A DNA stretch of 64,000 nt from a virus. The notes below the pieces were generated by a model. The model searched no databases. It was not told the origin of the DNA and saw only the letters and a list, made by a program, of their open reading frames with translations. The DNA is taken from IMG/VR virus record IMGVR_UViG_3300014208_000031, positions 103,665 through 167,664 of that record; one strand, given 5' to 3'. The translations under genes and the position numbers were made by a program. Shown here piece after piece: positions 1 to 9,302 of the stretch. Position 1 is the first letter of the stretch. Every line of letters begins with the position of its first letter.

Positions 1-2
1 AC

Positions 3-248
3 AATAATATTCGTAAAATATACGATTATCTTTACAAGGATGCTATCGTATTTTTAATCAGAAAACATAAAAAATTTAAGGAAGTTTTTAATATACCGCA
101 TAAAAAGAAAACTTCAAAGTATAAAAATATTTATTTCGACAACACAACAAAAAGATGGGTTTTATTTTACAAGGGTAAATATATAAAATCTTTTAATACA
201 GAAGGCGAGGCAAAGTTAGCAAAAGACATTTTTTTCAATCTCTCTTAA
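3..248 (+). CDS. 3' end of a LAGLIDADG-type homing endonuclease with C-terminal AP2-like domain (partial, runs off window)
   Basis: Manual translation: ..IRKIYDYLYKDAIVFLIRKHKKF..TSKYKNIYFDNTTKRW..SFNTEGEAKLA..*; the first part resembles LAGLIDADG HE C-termini, the second an AP2 motif; TAA at 246-248. Confidence 0.6.
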   Translation, partial: NNIRKIYDYLYKDAIVFLIRKHKKFKEVFNIPHKKKTSKYKNIYFDNTTKRWVLFYKGKYIKSFNTEGEAKLAKDIFFNLS

Positions 249-1146
249 ATTGGTTAGTCAACGGATGTCCAGTTTTGCGTCTTTCCGGCGGCTTACTCCA
301 ATAACTTTTATTTTGTTTTTTAAATTCTTGTTCTACTTTTTTATACATTTCAGCGCATTCTTCATCACTAAGACTCGGCATGAAACTTTTTACTTCATCA
401 TAATAATATGTATTTAAATTAACTCTACAAATTGAGCCGACCGATCCATTGCTGTAACATACTCCTATTTTCTTTTTTATTTGAACGTCAGCATTTTCAT
501 TCCAAACTTCTAAATAATTGTTTATATTATCTTGCCCCTCTAAAACTTGAAATTTTAAATGTTGTTGATTTTTTGGTTTTGGGTAATGACATGGAATATA
601 TTCTTTCAGTATATAGGTTTTAATAACTTGTCCGTCGGGCCAAAAATCACTTAAAACATCTATAATTATTGCCCCAAACTCAAACATATTGGGCAGAATA
701 TTATAAGTATTTCTTAGATGTTGTTTAAGATTAACTCGATCGCTCGGATAAAACTCTTTGCTTTTTACTTTTCTATTTTCTGTATATTTTACCTTGCTTA
801 AAGGTATTTGTTCATAAAATTCATCTAAAGTCGGAGCGGATAATTTCCCAATATTACCAATTTTTTCTACTACTTTATCAATTAGTGGCATTTTAAACTT
901 AAAATTTTCAGAATTCTCAGCTATCGGCGCGGATAATTCTTCTATACTTTCACCTAATGTATCTGTTTCTTTAGAATTTTTCCACATATATTTATCATAA
1001 TCTAAATCTAAAATTCCTCTAGCTGTTAATTTTCGGCCCGGCCCGGTTTTAGTCTTATTCATTTCTTCAATATGTTGGTCTAACGCAAGAATTTCTTCTG
1101 GAGTTATAGGCGCGGGCGGCTGTGTTGGATCGTTATTGTTTTTCAT
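235..1146 (-). CDS. hypothetical protein (Pro-rich N-terminus)
   Basis: Long ORF; ATG at 1146 (MKNNNDPTQPP) preferred over the track start. Confidence 0.7.
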   Translation of the reverse strand: MKNNNDPTQPPAPITPEEILALDQHIEEMNKTKTGPGRKLTARGILDLDYDKYMWKNSKETDTLGESIEELSAPIAENSENFKFKMPLIDKVVEKIGNIGKLSAPTLDEFYEQIPLSKVKYTENRKVKSKEFYPSDRVNLKQHLRNTYNILPNMFEFGAIIIDVLSDFWPDGQVIKTYILKEYIPCHYPKPKNQQHLKFQVLEGQDNINNYLEVWNENADVQIKKKIGVCYSNGSVGSICRVNLNTYYYDEVKSFMPSLSDEECAEMYKKVEQEFKKQNKSYWSKPPERRKTGHPLTNQFKRD

Positions 1147-1294
1147 AATTATTTTTTCTTTTTCTTGTCGGCGAATCTTCCACAAACGGAGCAACGACCA
1201 ATATCACCAACTATATTTCTATCGCAAACGCAATACCATTTAGATTTGTCGGGGGCTTGGCGTTTTTCTCTGTTTGTTGGCTGATATTCCAAAA

Positions 1295-1753
1295 TTAGTT
1301 TAGTATTAAAGCTTCTACTATTTCTGGATTATTTAATCGGAATTTTTTAGCGTCGGATTCACGGTCAAAGTAGAGATCGAGAATAGGCTCATTTCTTCCG
1401 TTTCTTCGACTGGCCAATCTTGATTTAACCGCTCCGCCAGTATCGCAAACGAATAAATTCAGTTTGATTTCTGGTATAAAAACCTTACTAAAATAAGGAA
1501 TAATTTTAGGGTCAACAGCCGCCGAAACTTTATCTTTTAGTTTAATTCCGGTGGACGATTTACCTTTTTTAGTCCATTTGTCGCAACCTTTTTCCGTCCG
1601 AGAATAGGTCGTTAGACGAACCATAATTGCACGGGATTTTGGATGTTTTGATAAATTTGTAAAATGTTTTGTATGTGGGTCGGCGGATGCACAACCGAAA
1701 TTTAAACAAATTATTATCGAACTTAATATGATTTTTAATAGTGTAGTTTTCAT
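1295..1753 (-). CDS. 3D (Asp-Asp-Asp) domain protein with signal/lipoprotein peptide
   Basis: AAVDPKIIP, DTGGAVK, LDLYF motifs; hydrophobic N-terminus ending NFGC. Confidence 0.8.
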   Translation of the reverse strand: MKTTLLKIILSSIIICLNFGCASADPHTKHFTNLSKHPKSRAIMVRLTTYSRTEKGCDKWTKKGKSSTGIKLKDKVSAAVDPKIIPYFSKVFIPEIKLNLFVCDTGGAVKSRLASRRNGRNEPILDLYFDRESDAKKFRLNNPEIVEALILN

Positions 1754-1759
1754 CTTGAA

Positions 1760-1796
1760 TTTACACTATTCTAGCATGTTTGGAACCCAAAGTCAA
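1760..1796 (-). promoter_or_regulatory. sigma70-like promoter overlapping a GTGTAAA motif
   Basis: TTGACT-N17-TAGAAT, then GTGTAAA 6 nt before ATG 1753. Confidence 0.55.
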
Positions 1797-1830
1797 GATT
1801 TTACAGATGAAATGATTAAAAAGTTTAACT

Positions 1831-2478
1831 CTAGATTTCTATCGAATAAAACTGTTTCCAGAGTATTTTAAAACACAATTCAATGTCTTTTAGGCTGTCA
1901 TGTAAGTCTTCTTCTTTAAATTCTATGTTAAAGTGTCGGGCGCAAGCAGTTTGAGATGTTTTTAACCCGCGTTTAATGATAGTGGAAAGTTTATATTGCC
2001 AAGCTAGAAAATTAGACAAATCCGGTTGAAGACCTAAAAGGATCGCTTTTTGTATTAAATTTGTGTCGATAATTCGGTCAATATATGAATAATCTGGTTT
2101 TTTATTCAACGTTCTTCTCAAATTATTTAATTGATAAATATCAAATCCAAGAAAATTGGCTCCTACGATTCTATAATCCTTGTTGTAGAGATATGATTCA
2201 AAATGATTTAAAATTGGTTCTGGCGGCTGTTTTAACTCATTATAGCGGTTTTGGTCAAACTTTGTAATCCGCGCGGCGTCCTTGCTTATTTGAAAATTCG
2301 GTATATCCAAATAATAATTATGTTTTTCTAAAATGTTTTTACCTTCACAAATTAAATAAGATAATTGAAATGGTCTAGAAAAATAGAGGTTGAGACTTTC
2401 TGTCTCAGTGTCGGCGACCAGATACTTCTGTTTGTCTTTGAACCTCAATAAATTTTGACCTAAATCGGATAAACTCAT
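1831..2478 (-). CDS. DEDDh 3'-5' exonuclease (DNA Pol III epsilon-like)
   Basis: ADTETE (ExoI), NFLGFD (ExoII), HDSLKD (ExoIII). Confidence 0.85.
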   Translation of the reverse strand: MSLSDLGQNLLRFKDKQKYLVADTETESLNLYFSRPFQLSYLICEGKNILEKHNYYLDIPNFQISKDAARITKFDQNRYNELKQPPEPILNHFESYLYNKDYRIVGANFLGFDIYQLNNLRRTLNKKPDYSYIDRIIDTNLIQKAILLGLQPDLSNFLAWQYKLSTIIKRGLKTSQTACARHFNIEFKEEDLHDSLKDIELCFKILWKQFYSIEI

Positions 2479-2795
2479 TGCCAGTAAATATCTAAATAGT
2501 AAACCAAATCTACAAAAGGAATATCTTGTTCATATTTCGGCCCGTCTCCATTGATTCGGTTTGACCATTTTTGAGTTTTAGAATCGTAAGCCAATCCGTC
2601 CCCAACATCTTCATTTCTTACCAATAATTTATGTTTGTAAATTTTCTTATTAGGATTTTCTTTGGACCATTCAACTAATTTATCTAAAACTTCCGATAAA
2701 TTATCTGGATTACTAGATTCGTATTTGTTAAATAATAACCCGTAGCCTTTCCAATGTTTTTTAAATCTTTCTAATTCTATAGTATCTTTATTCAT
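2475..2795 (-). CDS. hypothetical protein
   Basis: Operonic ORF with ATGA overlap to the next gene. Confidence 0.7.
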   Translation of the reverse strand: MNKDTIELERFKKHWKGYGLLFNKYESSNPDNLSEVLDKLVEWSKENPNKKIYKHKLLVRNEDVGDGLAYDSKTQKWSNRINGDGPKYEQDIPFVDLVYYLDIYWQ

Positions 2796-2801
2796 ATTTT
2801 T

Positions 2802-3083
2802 TTAAAACAAACAATCAACATCTTCCTTGTCTGCCGGGTTTTCAATTTTTGGCTCTTCTACCTTAAAATAACTAATATCGTATTTTATTACCCCGCAATC
2901 CCCGCCGTGTTCATATAAATCATGTTTAGCTCCAGTAATAAAAAGCATGAAATCTAACTCTTCTTCTTTAAAGAACGTTCCATCCTCTCCATTCCCGGCG
3001 GACCATTCCCATTTATCGAATCCTTTATAGATAACCCGGCGGCCAGATTTCATATTTTCTATTTGAAAAAGTGTTTTATTCAT
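2802..3083 (-). CDS. hypothetical protein
   Basis: Tightly packed ORF. Confidence 0.7.
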   Translation of the reverse strand: MNKTLFQIENMKSGRRVIYKGFDKWEWSAGNGEDGTFFKEEELDFMLFITGAKHDLYEHGGDCGVIKYDISYFKVEEPKIENPADKEDVDCLF

Positions 3084-3088
3084 AATTT

Positions 3089-3367
3089 TTAATATAATCC
3101 TTGTTTTCTCATTTTGTCAGAATAATCTATTGATTCATTATAGTGTTTCCGCCATTTTTCTCCATCAACCCCCTTGTCCGCGCGGCCTTTTCTAATATCT
3201 CGTTCTATTTCAAACTGAACTAATTCTAAGTCTCCGCCGTGATAACTGTTTATTTGATAAATTTTAGATGGTTTTTCACCTTCAATTTTATAGATTAAAC
3301 CCTGACACCCGCTTGGTAAAATACAAAACATAAATTCATAGGTTTTGCCGTTAATTATTCTTTTCAT
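3089..3367 (-). CDS. hypothetical protein
   Basis: Tightly packed ORF. Confidence 0.7.
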   Translation of the reverse strand: MKRIINGKTYEFMFCILPSGCQGLIYKIEGEKPSKIYQINSYHGGDLELVQFEIERDIRKGRADKGVDGEKWRKHYNESIDYSDKMRKQGLY

Positions 3368-3561
3368 TAATTTTTGTTTCCATTTAAGTAAAACTCTTCT
3401 TCGTTTTTAGCGCAGCGTGGGCAAATCCAACCAGAATATTCGCAGGTAAATTCAGTATCGGGAGTAAAATCTAATCGGGCGCGGCCACCTTCTTCTAGTT
3501 CCTTGTGGGCTATAAATCTACCGCAAAAATCACATTTTATTAGATTATTATTAGTTTTCAC
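3367..3561 (-). CDS. small zinc-finger protein
   Basis: CDFC...CPRC pairs. Confidence 0.65.
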   Translation of the reverse strand: MKTNNNLIKCDFCGRFIAHKELEEGGRARLDFTPDTEFTCEYSGWICPRCAKNEEEFYLNGNKN

Positions 3562-3719
3562 AGCTTCTCTACAAATTGGTTAAATTTATCGCCCACTTGT
3601 TTTAATTTCTTTTTTAGTAAAACTTTGAGCGCATCCGCCGAAATACTTGATTCTAAATCCGCCGGATTTTGTCCGTCTTTAGTGATTTTGATGTTATAAT
3701 TATTAACTTTTATTTCCAT
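3558..3719 (-). CDS. 53-aa hypothetical protein (not in ORF track)
   Basis: MEIKVNNYNIKITKDG...VEKL* fills the gap and overlaps both neighbours. Confidence 0.55.
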   Translation of the reverse strand: MEIKVNNYNIKITKDGQNPADLESSISADALKVLLKKKLKQVGDKFNQFVEKL

Positions 3720-4210
3720 ATTAAACTTCTTTCTCTAATCAATTCTTGTTTTTTGTTTGAATAATATTGGTTATATCTTTCTGATTTGTCGGGAAATTTG
3801 AGAACGGGCGGCGAAGTATAAAAAGTCATATACCCGGAACATATTCCAGTGGCATAAAATGGTTGTGGCGTTTCATTATATCTTTTTTCTTCGGACTCTG
3901 CCCAATCTTTTGATTCATTTTCTATAACCCACATTTCGGGTTCAGTTAATTCACGGTTTTTAGTATATTTGCTAAAATCTGTAATTTTTACAAATGTATC
4001 ATTATCTAAGTGTTTAAAAACTGTGGCGTCACGAGGCTTTATATTAGTTATTTTAAAATCATTGTCAATTAAGCTTTCAAAAGATGGATACATATTCAAA
4101 AAACTAAATTGAGTTGCGGAATAACCAACCACCATAGGCGGTTTTGGATGTTTTCTTTCGTAAGCAGAAATCCGCGCGGCCTTCCATGATTCTAATAGTC
4201 TTTGTAACAT
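3710..4210 (-). CDS. hypothetical protein
   Basis: Tightly packed ORF. Confidence 0.7.
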   Translation of the reverse strand: MLQRLLESWKAARISAYERKHPKPPMVVGYSATQFSFLNMYPSFESLIDNDFKITNIKPRDATVFKHLDNDTFVKITDFSKYTKNRELTEPEMWVIENESKDWAESEEKRYNETPQPFYATGICSGYMTFYTSPPVLKFPDKSERYNQYYSNKKQELIRERSLIWK

Positions 4211-4213
4211 AAT

Positions 4214-4459
4214 TTAATCTTGAATTTCATATTCATTATCCCAATCAGAAGCTAGCCGGGCGAACTCTTTCCAAATTTCTTTATTATTAGTCTTTTCGGC
4301 TATAAACATAATTAAATCTTCTAATTTATTTACTTGAGAATTTAAATCCCCAATTCCAGATTCGTCATTATAATCAGAATAAACGCGCGGACGCAATTCA
4401 TTAAATTCTACATATTTAGAATCTTGAACTTTATTTTTTACTAATTTAAAAATTTTCAT
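4214..4459 (-). CDS. hypothetical protein
   Basis: Tightly packed ORF. Confidence 0.65.
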   Translation of the reverse strand: MKIFKLVKNKVQDSKYVEFNELRPRVYSDYNDESGIGDLNSQVNKLEDLIMFIAEKTNNKEIWKEFARLASDWDNEYEIQD

Positions 4460-4637
4460 CTATTATTAATTCTTTTTTATCTTTTCTAACAACAGAAACC
4501 GAAATTTTCCTATCTTTAATAAATAAATCCACGTATAGGTCCGTAGGATTCGTATTAGTTAGTGCGGCTGTATTATTTTTAATTAAGTTTATTAAGTCCG
4601 CGTGGTTGTATAAAACCTTATTTAGTTTTAAGGACAC
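4446..4637 (-). CDS. hypothetical protein
   Basis: Tightly packed ORF. Confidence 0.55.
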   Translation of the reverse strand: MSLKLNKVLYNHADLINLIKNNTAALTNTNPTDLYVDLFIKDRKISVSVVRKDKKELIIDENF

Positions 4638-4831
4638 AGAATAATTACCTTTTCTCCGACTTTATCCGCGTGAATATCGTAAAATTCATCATACCCATGT
4701 TCTGTTACTTTTAACCAATCAGCGGCTACACGTAATGGTAAATAACTATTTCCTTCCTCATCGCTTGATAACCAAATTTCTATATCATCGGGAAACTGTT
4801 TTAGATATTCAATTAGTTTTTGTTTAGTCAT
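4628..4831 (-). CDS. phage hypothetical protein
   Basis: LIEYLKQFPDD..LSSDEEGNSY pattern typical of small phage ORFs. Confidence 0.65.
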   Translation of the reverse strand: MTKQKLIEYLKQFPDDIEIWLSSDEEGNSYLPLRVAADWLKVTEHGYDEFYDIHADKVGEKVIILCP

Positions 4832-4832
4832 T

Positions 4833-5081
4833 TTAACAAACTTCTTTAACTACTTTTAAATTCGTATTACTAATTATCTTGAAAAATTCTTCACCATGAG
4901 AGTTTCTATCAAATAAAATATCCGCGGACTTAATCGTTACTGTATTTTTCGTGTATTGTAAAAGTGTGCCATAATGTTCGACGGTACAACTTTCTAGCCA
5001 CTGTGTTACATCAAGCTTTTTGGGATTAAAAGTAACAGAAATTAGGAGTGGCACGTTATTTTTCTTTTGTTTATCGGTCAT
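4833..5081 (-). CDS. hypothetical protein
   Basis: ORF preceded by AAAGGATATA motif 7 nt upstream. Confidence 0.7.
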   Translation of the reverse strand: MTDKQKKNNVPLLISVTFNPKKLDVTQWLESCTVEHYGTLLQYTKNTVTIKSADILFDRNSHGEEFFKIISNTNLKVVKEVC

Positions 5082-5311
5082 TCTAAGTTATATCCTTTTG
5101 CTTGAGCCGTAGGGTCGTTCAAATTACTGAATTCATTCTTTAGTTTATTCAAAGTTTTTAAGTCCGCGCGGCTTTCATCTGGATTGATATACAAAAAATG
5201 CTGAATATTTTCTGATAACCATCCTTCTAAAAATTCTTCTTGATCTTTATTTCTAGATAAATTGTTGCAAGATTGCCAAATGTCTATTAAGTTAGATAAT
5301 TTATCTGTCAT
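5078..5311 (-). CDS. hypothetical protein
   Basis: Tightly packed ORF. Confidence 0.65.
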   Translation of the reverse strand: MTDKLSNLIDIWQSCNNLSRNKDQEEFLEGWLSENIQHFLYINPDESRADLKTLNKLKNEFSNLNDPTAQAKGYNLE

Positions 5312-5315
5312 AGAT

Positions 5316-6083
5316 TTATTTTTTCTTATATACTTTTACAAAATCGACAATTAAACATTCTTCTGTTAAGACATCTGCCGGATTTCTTACCCAATCTTCT
5401 GTCGGGCCAACTTCAACTGAGATTATTAGAAACATTTTAGCTTTAGTATTTAAATTATTCACTTTCCAAGTTTTTTTACCGTCTACCATGAATTGAAAAC
5501 CATTTTGATCCCAAAATAAAGAAAACGTATGAAATTGTTCGTCATCTAATTTAATTCCTAAGTTTGTAGTATCAATGGCCAAACATTTATGATAATTGTT
5601 ATATCCGCCGTAATGAATTGTGGAATTTACTATATCTCCGATATATTTATTATTATAATCAAATTTTCTTGATTCTATCAAATCTATCTCCATTGCTTGG
5701 GAGCCGTTAAATTCTTCGTTGAGTCCGGCGGACTTATTCCACAACCATAAATTTAACCAGACGCCCTCCACGGGTTTTAACTTTGCTCTAAACTCTATAT
5801 ACGAATTAACTCCTACTTCAAATTTATTTTCTGTTGTTACAATTGAACTAAAATGCCGGTTATTTTTAGTATAAGGTTGAATTATTAGTTTTCCATCTTT
5901 AATTTTAATAGCGTTTGGGGTATTAAAGGCTCCGACACGAAAACCGATTTCTGTAGTCCACTTAGACTTGTCAAAAAACTCAAAATTGTCTTCAAAAACT
6001 AATTTGTATTGACCACTACTACTTTCACAGATATTATTCTGTAAAGCTAAAAAAACCAAAAGGATTATAATTGGCAGTTTCAC
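5316..6083 (-). CDS. glycoside hydrolase family 16 with signal peptide
   Basis: LVFEDNF, catalytic EIDLIE, FHTFSLFW..FMVDG, VDFVKVY; hydrophobic N-terminus. Confidence 0.85.
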   Translation of the reverse strand: MKLPIIILLVFLALQNNICESSSGQYKLVFEDNFEFFDKSKWTTEIGFRVGAFNTPNAIKIKDGKLIIQPYTKNNRHFSSIVTTENKFEVGVNSYIEFRAKLKPVEGVWLNLWLWNKSAGLNEEFNGSQAMEIDLIESRKFDYNNKYIGDIVNSTIHYGGYNNYHKCLAIDTTNLGIKLDDEQFHTFSLFWDQNGFQFMVDGKKTWKVNNLNTKAKMFLIISVEVGPTEDWVRNPADVLTEECLIVDFVKVYKKK

Positions 6084-6098
6084 TCATAACTTTACACT

Positions 6099-6338
6099 TT
6101 AAGATTTATATTTTCCCAAGGTTCCATTATTACTTGCTTGTAACGCCTCGATTGAGGCTTGACGTGGACTTATAAATTTAATTTTAGACGGTTTTTCTGT
6201 TTCTATTATAATTTCCCCGACTTCTATCATTTTTTGAACTAAATGGTTTGCATATTGAGAAGGGAATTGGTCCGGCATATTATGAATTATATAATTTTTA
6301 GCTTCCTCAAAGTTTTTAAATATTAGTTGTTTTTTCAT
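6099..6338 (-). CDS. hypothetical protein
   Basis: ATG at 6338 (MKKQLIFK) avoids overlap with the upstream ORF. Confidence 0.6.
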   Translation of the reverse strand: MKKQLIFKNFEEAKNYIIHNMPDQFPSQYANHLVQKMIEVGEIIIETEKPSKIKFISPRQASIEALQASNNGTLGKYKS

Positions 6339-6342
6339 AATT

Positions 6343-6585
6343 TTATTTAATAGACGTTTTGATTTGTGTTTTATTACAAATTTTACATTGTCTGGATTGA
6401 GATAATCTCCAATACGTATATCCAAATTCTTTACTTTCTAAAATTTTCCATTTATCCCAAGAATGTCCGAAAAAACATCCAAATAAATCAGTAAATAGAT
6501 TGTTAGAATGACAGGTTGGAGTTTTGCCGTCTGTCCGGCGAATTGTCGGATGTTGGGTCGGTGGATTATCGTTGTGTTTATTCAT
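6343..6585 (-). CDS. small Cys/His-containing phage protein
   Basis: CFFGHSW...RQCKIC. Confidence 0.6.
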   Translation of the reverse strand: MNKHNDNPPTQHPTIRRTDGKTPTCHSNNLFTDLFGCFFGHSWDKWKILESKEFGYTYWRLSQSRQCKICNKTQIKTSIK

Positions 6586-6692
6586 ATATTATTTTCCTGT
6601 GACTAAAAATTTAATAAAAAATAGTAATCCTAAAGAAAACCACCCGATTACAAACAATGGATAATCTCTGTATAAATCTGTAAAAATTTGAA

Positions 6693-6944
6693 TCATAATT
6701 TTATTTCTACTAAAGTTCCTTCTTTTATAGCCGCCGAGATATAACTTAAAAACATAATTGCCTTATCTTGAAATTTAAGAGTGGAGTCGCCCAAATTTTC
6801 TAAGGGAACCGGGAATTTATATGTTTTATAACTTTTAGTTGTGTGATCGTCCCGCCCGATAGTATAATAAAAATATCCCTTTCTATATTCATGGAAAGTA
6901 ACGGTATTATTTTTAACTAAATCTTTTAAGTTTGGTTTATTCAT
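6693..6944 (-). CDS. hypothetical phage protein
   Basis: YRKGYFYY..FPVP..DKAI pattern; packed ORF. Confidence 0.7.
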   Translation of the reverse strand: MNKPNLKDLVKNNTVTFHEYRKGYFYYTIGRDDHTTKSYKTYKFPVPLENLGDSTLKFQDKAIMFLSYISAAIKEGTLVEIKL

Positions 6945-7134
6945 TATTTAGCTCTTTCTTTAAAACTATAGCCAAAGTTCGTCTAGTTTGAGCCACGGCG
7001 TCCCAAGCATTTGACGTAGTAGAAACAGATACTCTTAAAGATTCTGGGACTATTTCCCATCCTTCAGTTACTAATCTATTAACACGCTTTTCAAAATTTT
7101 CGCAATCAATATCGGATATTAACCAAGTTTTCAT
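6937..7134 (-). CDS. hypothetical protein (DUF1737-like)
   Basis: FEKRVNRLVTEGWE pattern. Confidence 0.55.
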   Translation of the reverse strand: MKTWLISDIDCENFEKRVNRLVTEGWEIVPESLRVSVSTTSNAWDAVAQTRRTLAIVLKKELNNE

Positions 7135-7385
7135 AATATTTTCTTAAACTTTTCAATTTTATTAACTAACAACTCTACAATCTCACGAATTCCGGGGACT
7201 CCATAAGAGTCACCGTTCACTTCAAATTCAGTTAAAACTTTTGAAGCTAATCGGCGGATTTCTGTATCGTCCGACGCCCAATCGCGCAGACTTTTGCAAT
7301 AAAACTTTCTTAAATCATCAATAGGTATTTTTTCTACCGATTCTTCTAGACTAAATAGATTATTTTGTTTAAAAAAGTTATTCAT
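7131..7385 (-). CDS. hypothetical protein
   Basis: Tightly packed ORF. Confidence 0.65.
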   Translation of the reverse strand: MNNFFKQNNLFSLEESVEKIPIDDLRKFYCKSLRDWASDDTEIRRLASKVLTEFEVNGDSYGVPGIREIVELLVNKIEKFKKIL

Positions 7386-7660
7386 TTTAATTCTAATTCT
7401 AGCTGTTCTGGTATAACGTAAAATTCTCCGTCTACAACTTGAGGATTTGGTATTTTGTTTATTATACTTTCAATAATCTTCTTTTTTAAGGGTCGCGCAG
7501 TCCAATTATTAAAACAAAACTGAATAACTCCGGGTTTGAGACTGTTTAAAGTGTCCGGCGAAACATTTAATTCGGGGGAAATCTTGCGGACAAGCGAAAC
7601 CAAATAGATTTTATGTTTGTAACTTAGCTCTTGAATATTTATCATTCTACTACTTTCCAA
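7382..7660 (-). CDS. hypothetical protein
   Basis: Tightly packed ORF; start uncertain. Confidence 0.6.
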   Translation of the reverse strand: MESSRMINIQELSYKHKIYLVSLVRKISPELNVSPDTLNSLKPGVIQFCFNNWTARPLKKKIIESIINKIPNPQVVDGEFYVIPEQLELELK

Positions 7661-7944
7661 GTTTCATTCTTTATTAAACCTTCTTCTTTTTTATTTTGAT
7701 CAATAACCCATTGTCGGGCCGCGGCCAAACTATCAAAAACCATTCTATGTTTATTAAATCCATTAAGTGAATCCCCGGAATATTGATGCAGTGGACACCA
7801 AACTTCTTTTTCTATCTTTTTATTGTCTTTTACACATACCCAATCCCAAAAACCTAGAGTTTCATACTCAATTTCTTTTTTTAAATATTCTATACCGAAT
7901 TTAGTTCCGTTGGTTATAAATCTGATTGGATAGGATTTATTCAT
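7642..7944 (-). CDS. hypothetical protein
   Basis: Tightly packed ORF. Confidence 0.65.
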   Translation of the reverse strand: MNKSYPIRFITNGTKFGIEYLKKEIEYETLGFWDWVCVKDNKKIEKEVWCPLHQYSGDSLNGFNKHRMVFDSLAAARQWVIDQNKKEEGLIKNETWKVVE

Positions 7945-7950
7945 AATTAT

Positions 7951-8223
7951 TTAAGCTAAAACAGGCTCACCCAATTCTTTAATTTCAATACTATTGGCTA
8001 ATTGAGTTAATTTATCCGCCAAATTTAGCAAATCTTCTTTAGTTACAGTATTTAAAACAATTTTAGTAGAAAAAGTTTCGTCCGTTCGTTGCCGCGCGGA
8101 TATTTCCAGCGAGTTATAATTATAAGGAACAGTTTTCTTGCCAACCTTAAAAGAGCCTTGTGAGTTATTTAACGTTAAATCAATTATTGTGTCGTATTTG
8201 TTTATTGTGGTTTGTGTTTTCAT
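7951..8223 (-). CDS. hypothetical protein
   Basis: ORF downstream of a sigma70-like promoter. Confidence 0.65.
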   Translation of the reverse strand: MKTQTTINKYDTIIDLTLNNSQGSFKVGKKTVPYNYNSLEISARQRTDETFSTKIVLNTVTKEDLLNLADKLTQLANSIEIKELGEPVLA

Positions 8224-8241
8224 AGTTTTAATTTTCTCTTT

Positions 8242-8270
8242 ACTCTGCCATACTACTAGATGAAAGTCAA
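8242..8270 (-). promoter_or_regulatory. possible sigma70-like promoter
   Basis: TTGACT-N17-CAGAGT with TG upstream of the -10, in an intergenic gap. Confidence 0.35.
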
Positions 8271-8288
8271 GGGGTTTGTTGAGAGTGA

Positions 8289-9158
8289 TTAAACTTTTTT
8301 ATCTTTCTCCAAAAACGGAGAAACGGCATTGGGATATTTTTCAATAATCTCGGCGGCTTTTTTATTCATTTCTTTTACCCATCCTTGTTTTACTTTCGGC
8401 GGGCGATCATCTACCCAATTTTCCAATAACATAGAATCTCTTAATACTACTAAACATGCTATTGCTTTTGTTACGTGACTTAACCCTGAATCTTCATCAA
8501 TATCCTCTCCTTCAAACCAACTTGTTATATGTCTGAAAATTGCGTCATAGTACACACTGGCTCTTACTCCACATGATCTATAGTTATGACGACCATATTT
8601 TCGCGCTCCTTCTAATAGAGCTAAACCAACTTCGGCGATAACAGGCGCGGGGACTGTGGAAAATGGAACTTTTTTTACGCCCACGGCATCTTTTGGATTT
8701 GTTTGTTTAGTTTTGTCGTTTAAAATTTCAAACTTTTCAGTTTCGTCTTCGTATTTAGTAGTTTTAGTATCTAAAGTGTGAGAGATTGAATTTATTACTC
8801 CTGATATATTTTCTTTACAATTATTGCAATAAAAATAACCATCTCCAATAAAATCATCTATAAAAAATCCTTGTTTGCAAAGATGACAATAAATTTCTTT
8901 ATCATATTTTGGCGGCGGAGGCGGCGGTAAAGTATTTCTCGGCGGAACATAGCTTCCTTTTGAAAGACAATTTTCTAGTCCATTTGAATTATAACATTTA
9001 TAACAAATAAAAATTCCATCTTTAGTAATTCCTAATCCAGATTTATCCCCGCATTTACATGTTTGGTATGGTTCCATATTTTTCTTAATATTTTCTATTT
9101 GTAATATTCTTGTTAAAGTTTTACCAAGTTGCCGCGCAGCTAAGATTATTTTATTCAT
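8289..9158 (-). CDS. dATP/dGTP diphosphohydrolase (DUF5664-like) with N-terminal Zn-ribbon/Pro-rich extension
   Basis: TNPKDAVG..GARKYGRHNYR..YYDA..RH..WFEGEDIDEDSGLSH motif set; CxC/CxxC pairs and PPPPPP in the N-terminal half. Confidence 0.8.
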   Translation of the reverse strand: MNKIILAARQLGKTLTRILQIENIKKNMEPYQTCKCGDKSGLGITKDGIFICYKCYNSNGLENCLSKGSYVPPRNTLPPPPPPKYDKEIYCHLCKQGFFIDDFIGDGYFYCNNCKENISGVINSISHTLDTKTTKYEDETEKFEILNDKTKQTNPKDAVGVKKVPFSTVPAPVIAEVGLALLEGARKYGRHNYRSCGVRASVYYDAIFRHITSWFEGEDIDEDSGLSHVTKAIACLVVLRDSMLLENWVDDRPPKVKQGWVKEMNKKAAEIIEKYPNAVSPFLEKDKKV

Positions 9159-9302
9159 TTATATCTTTTTTATTCCACAATTATGACAAATATATCCATC
9201 CCACGCTTCTTCTCCGCATTGTTCGCAAGTGTCGAAAAATTCATTTAGGGAATCTTCGTCGTTTATAATATCGTTTTCTTCTTTTTCTTTATCGTTCATA
9301 AT

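Noticed and set aside
8289-9158. Z-genome (2-aminoadenine) system
   Set aside because: No PurZ in the window; the diphosphohydrolase alone is insufficient evidence
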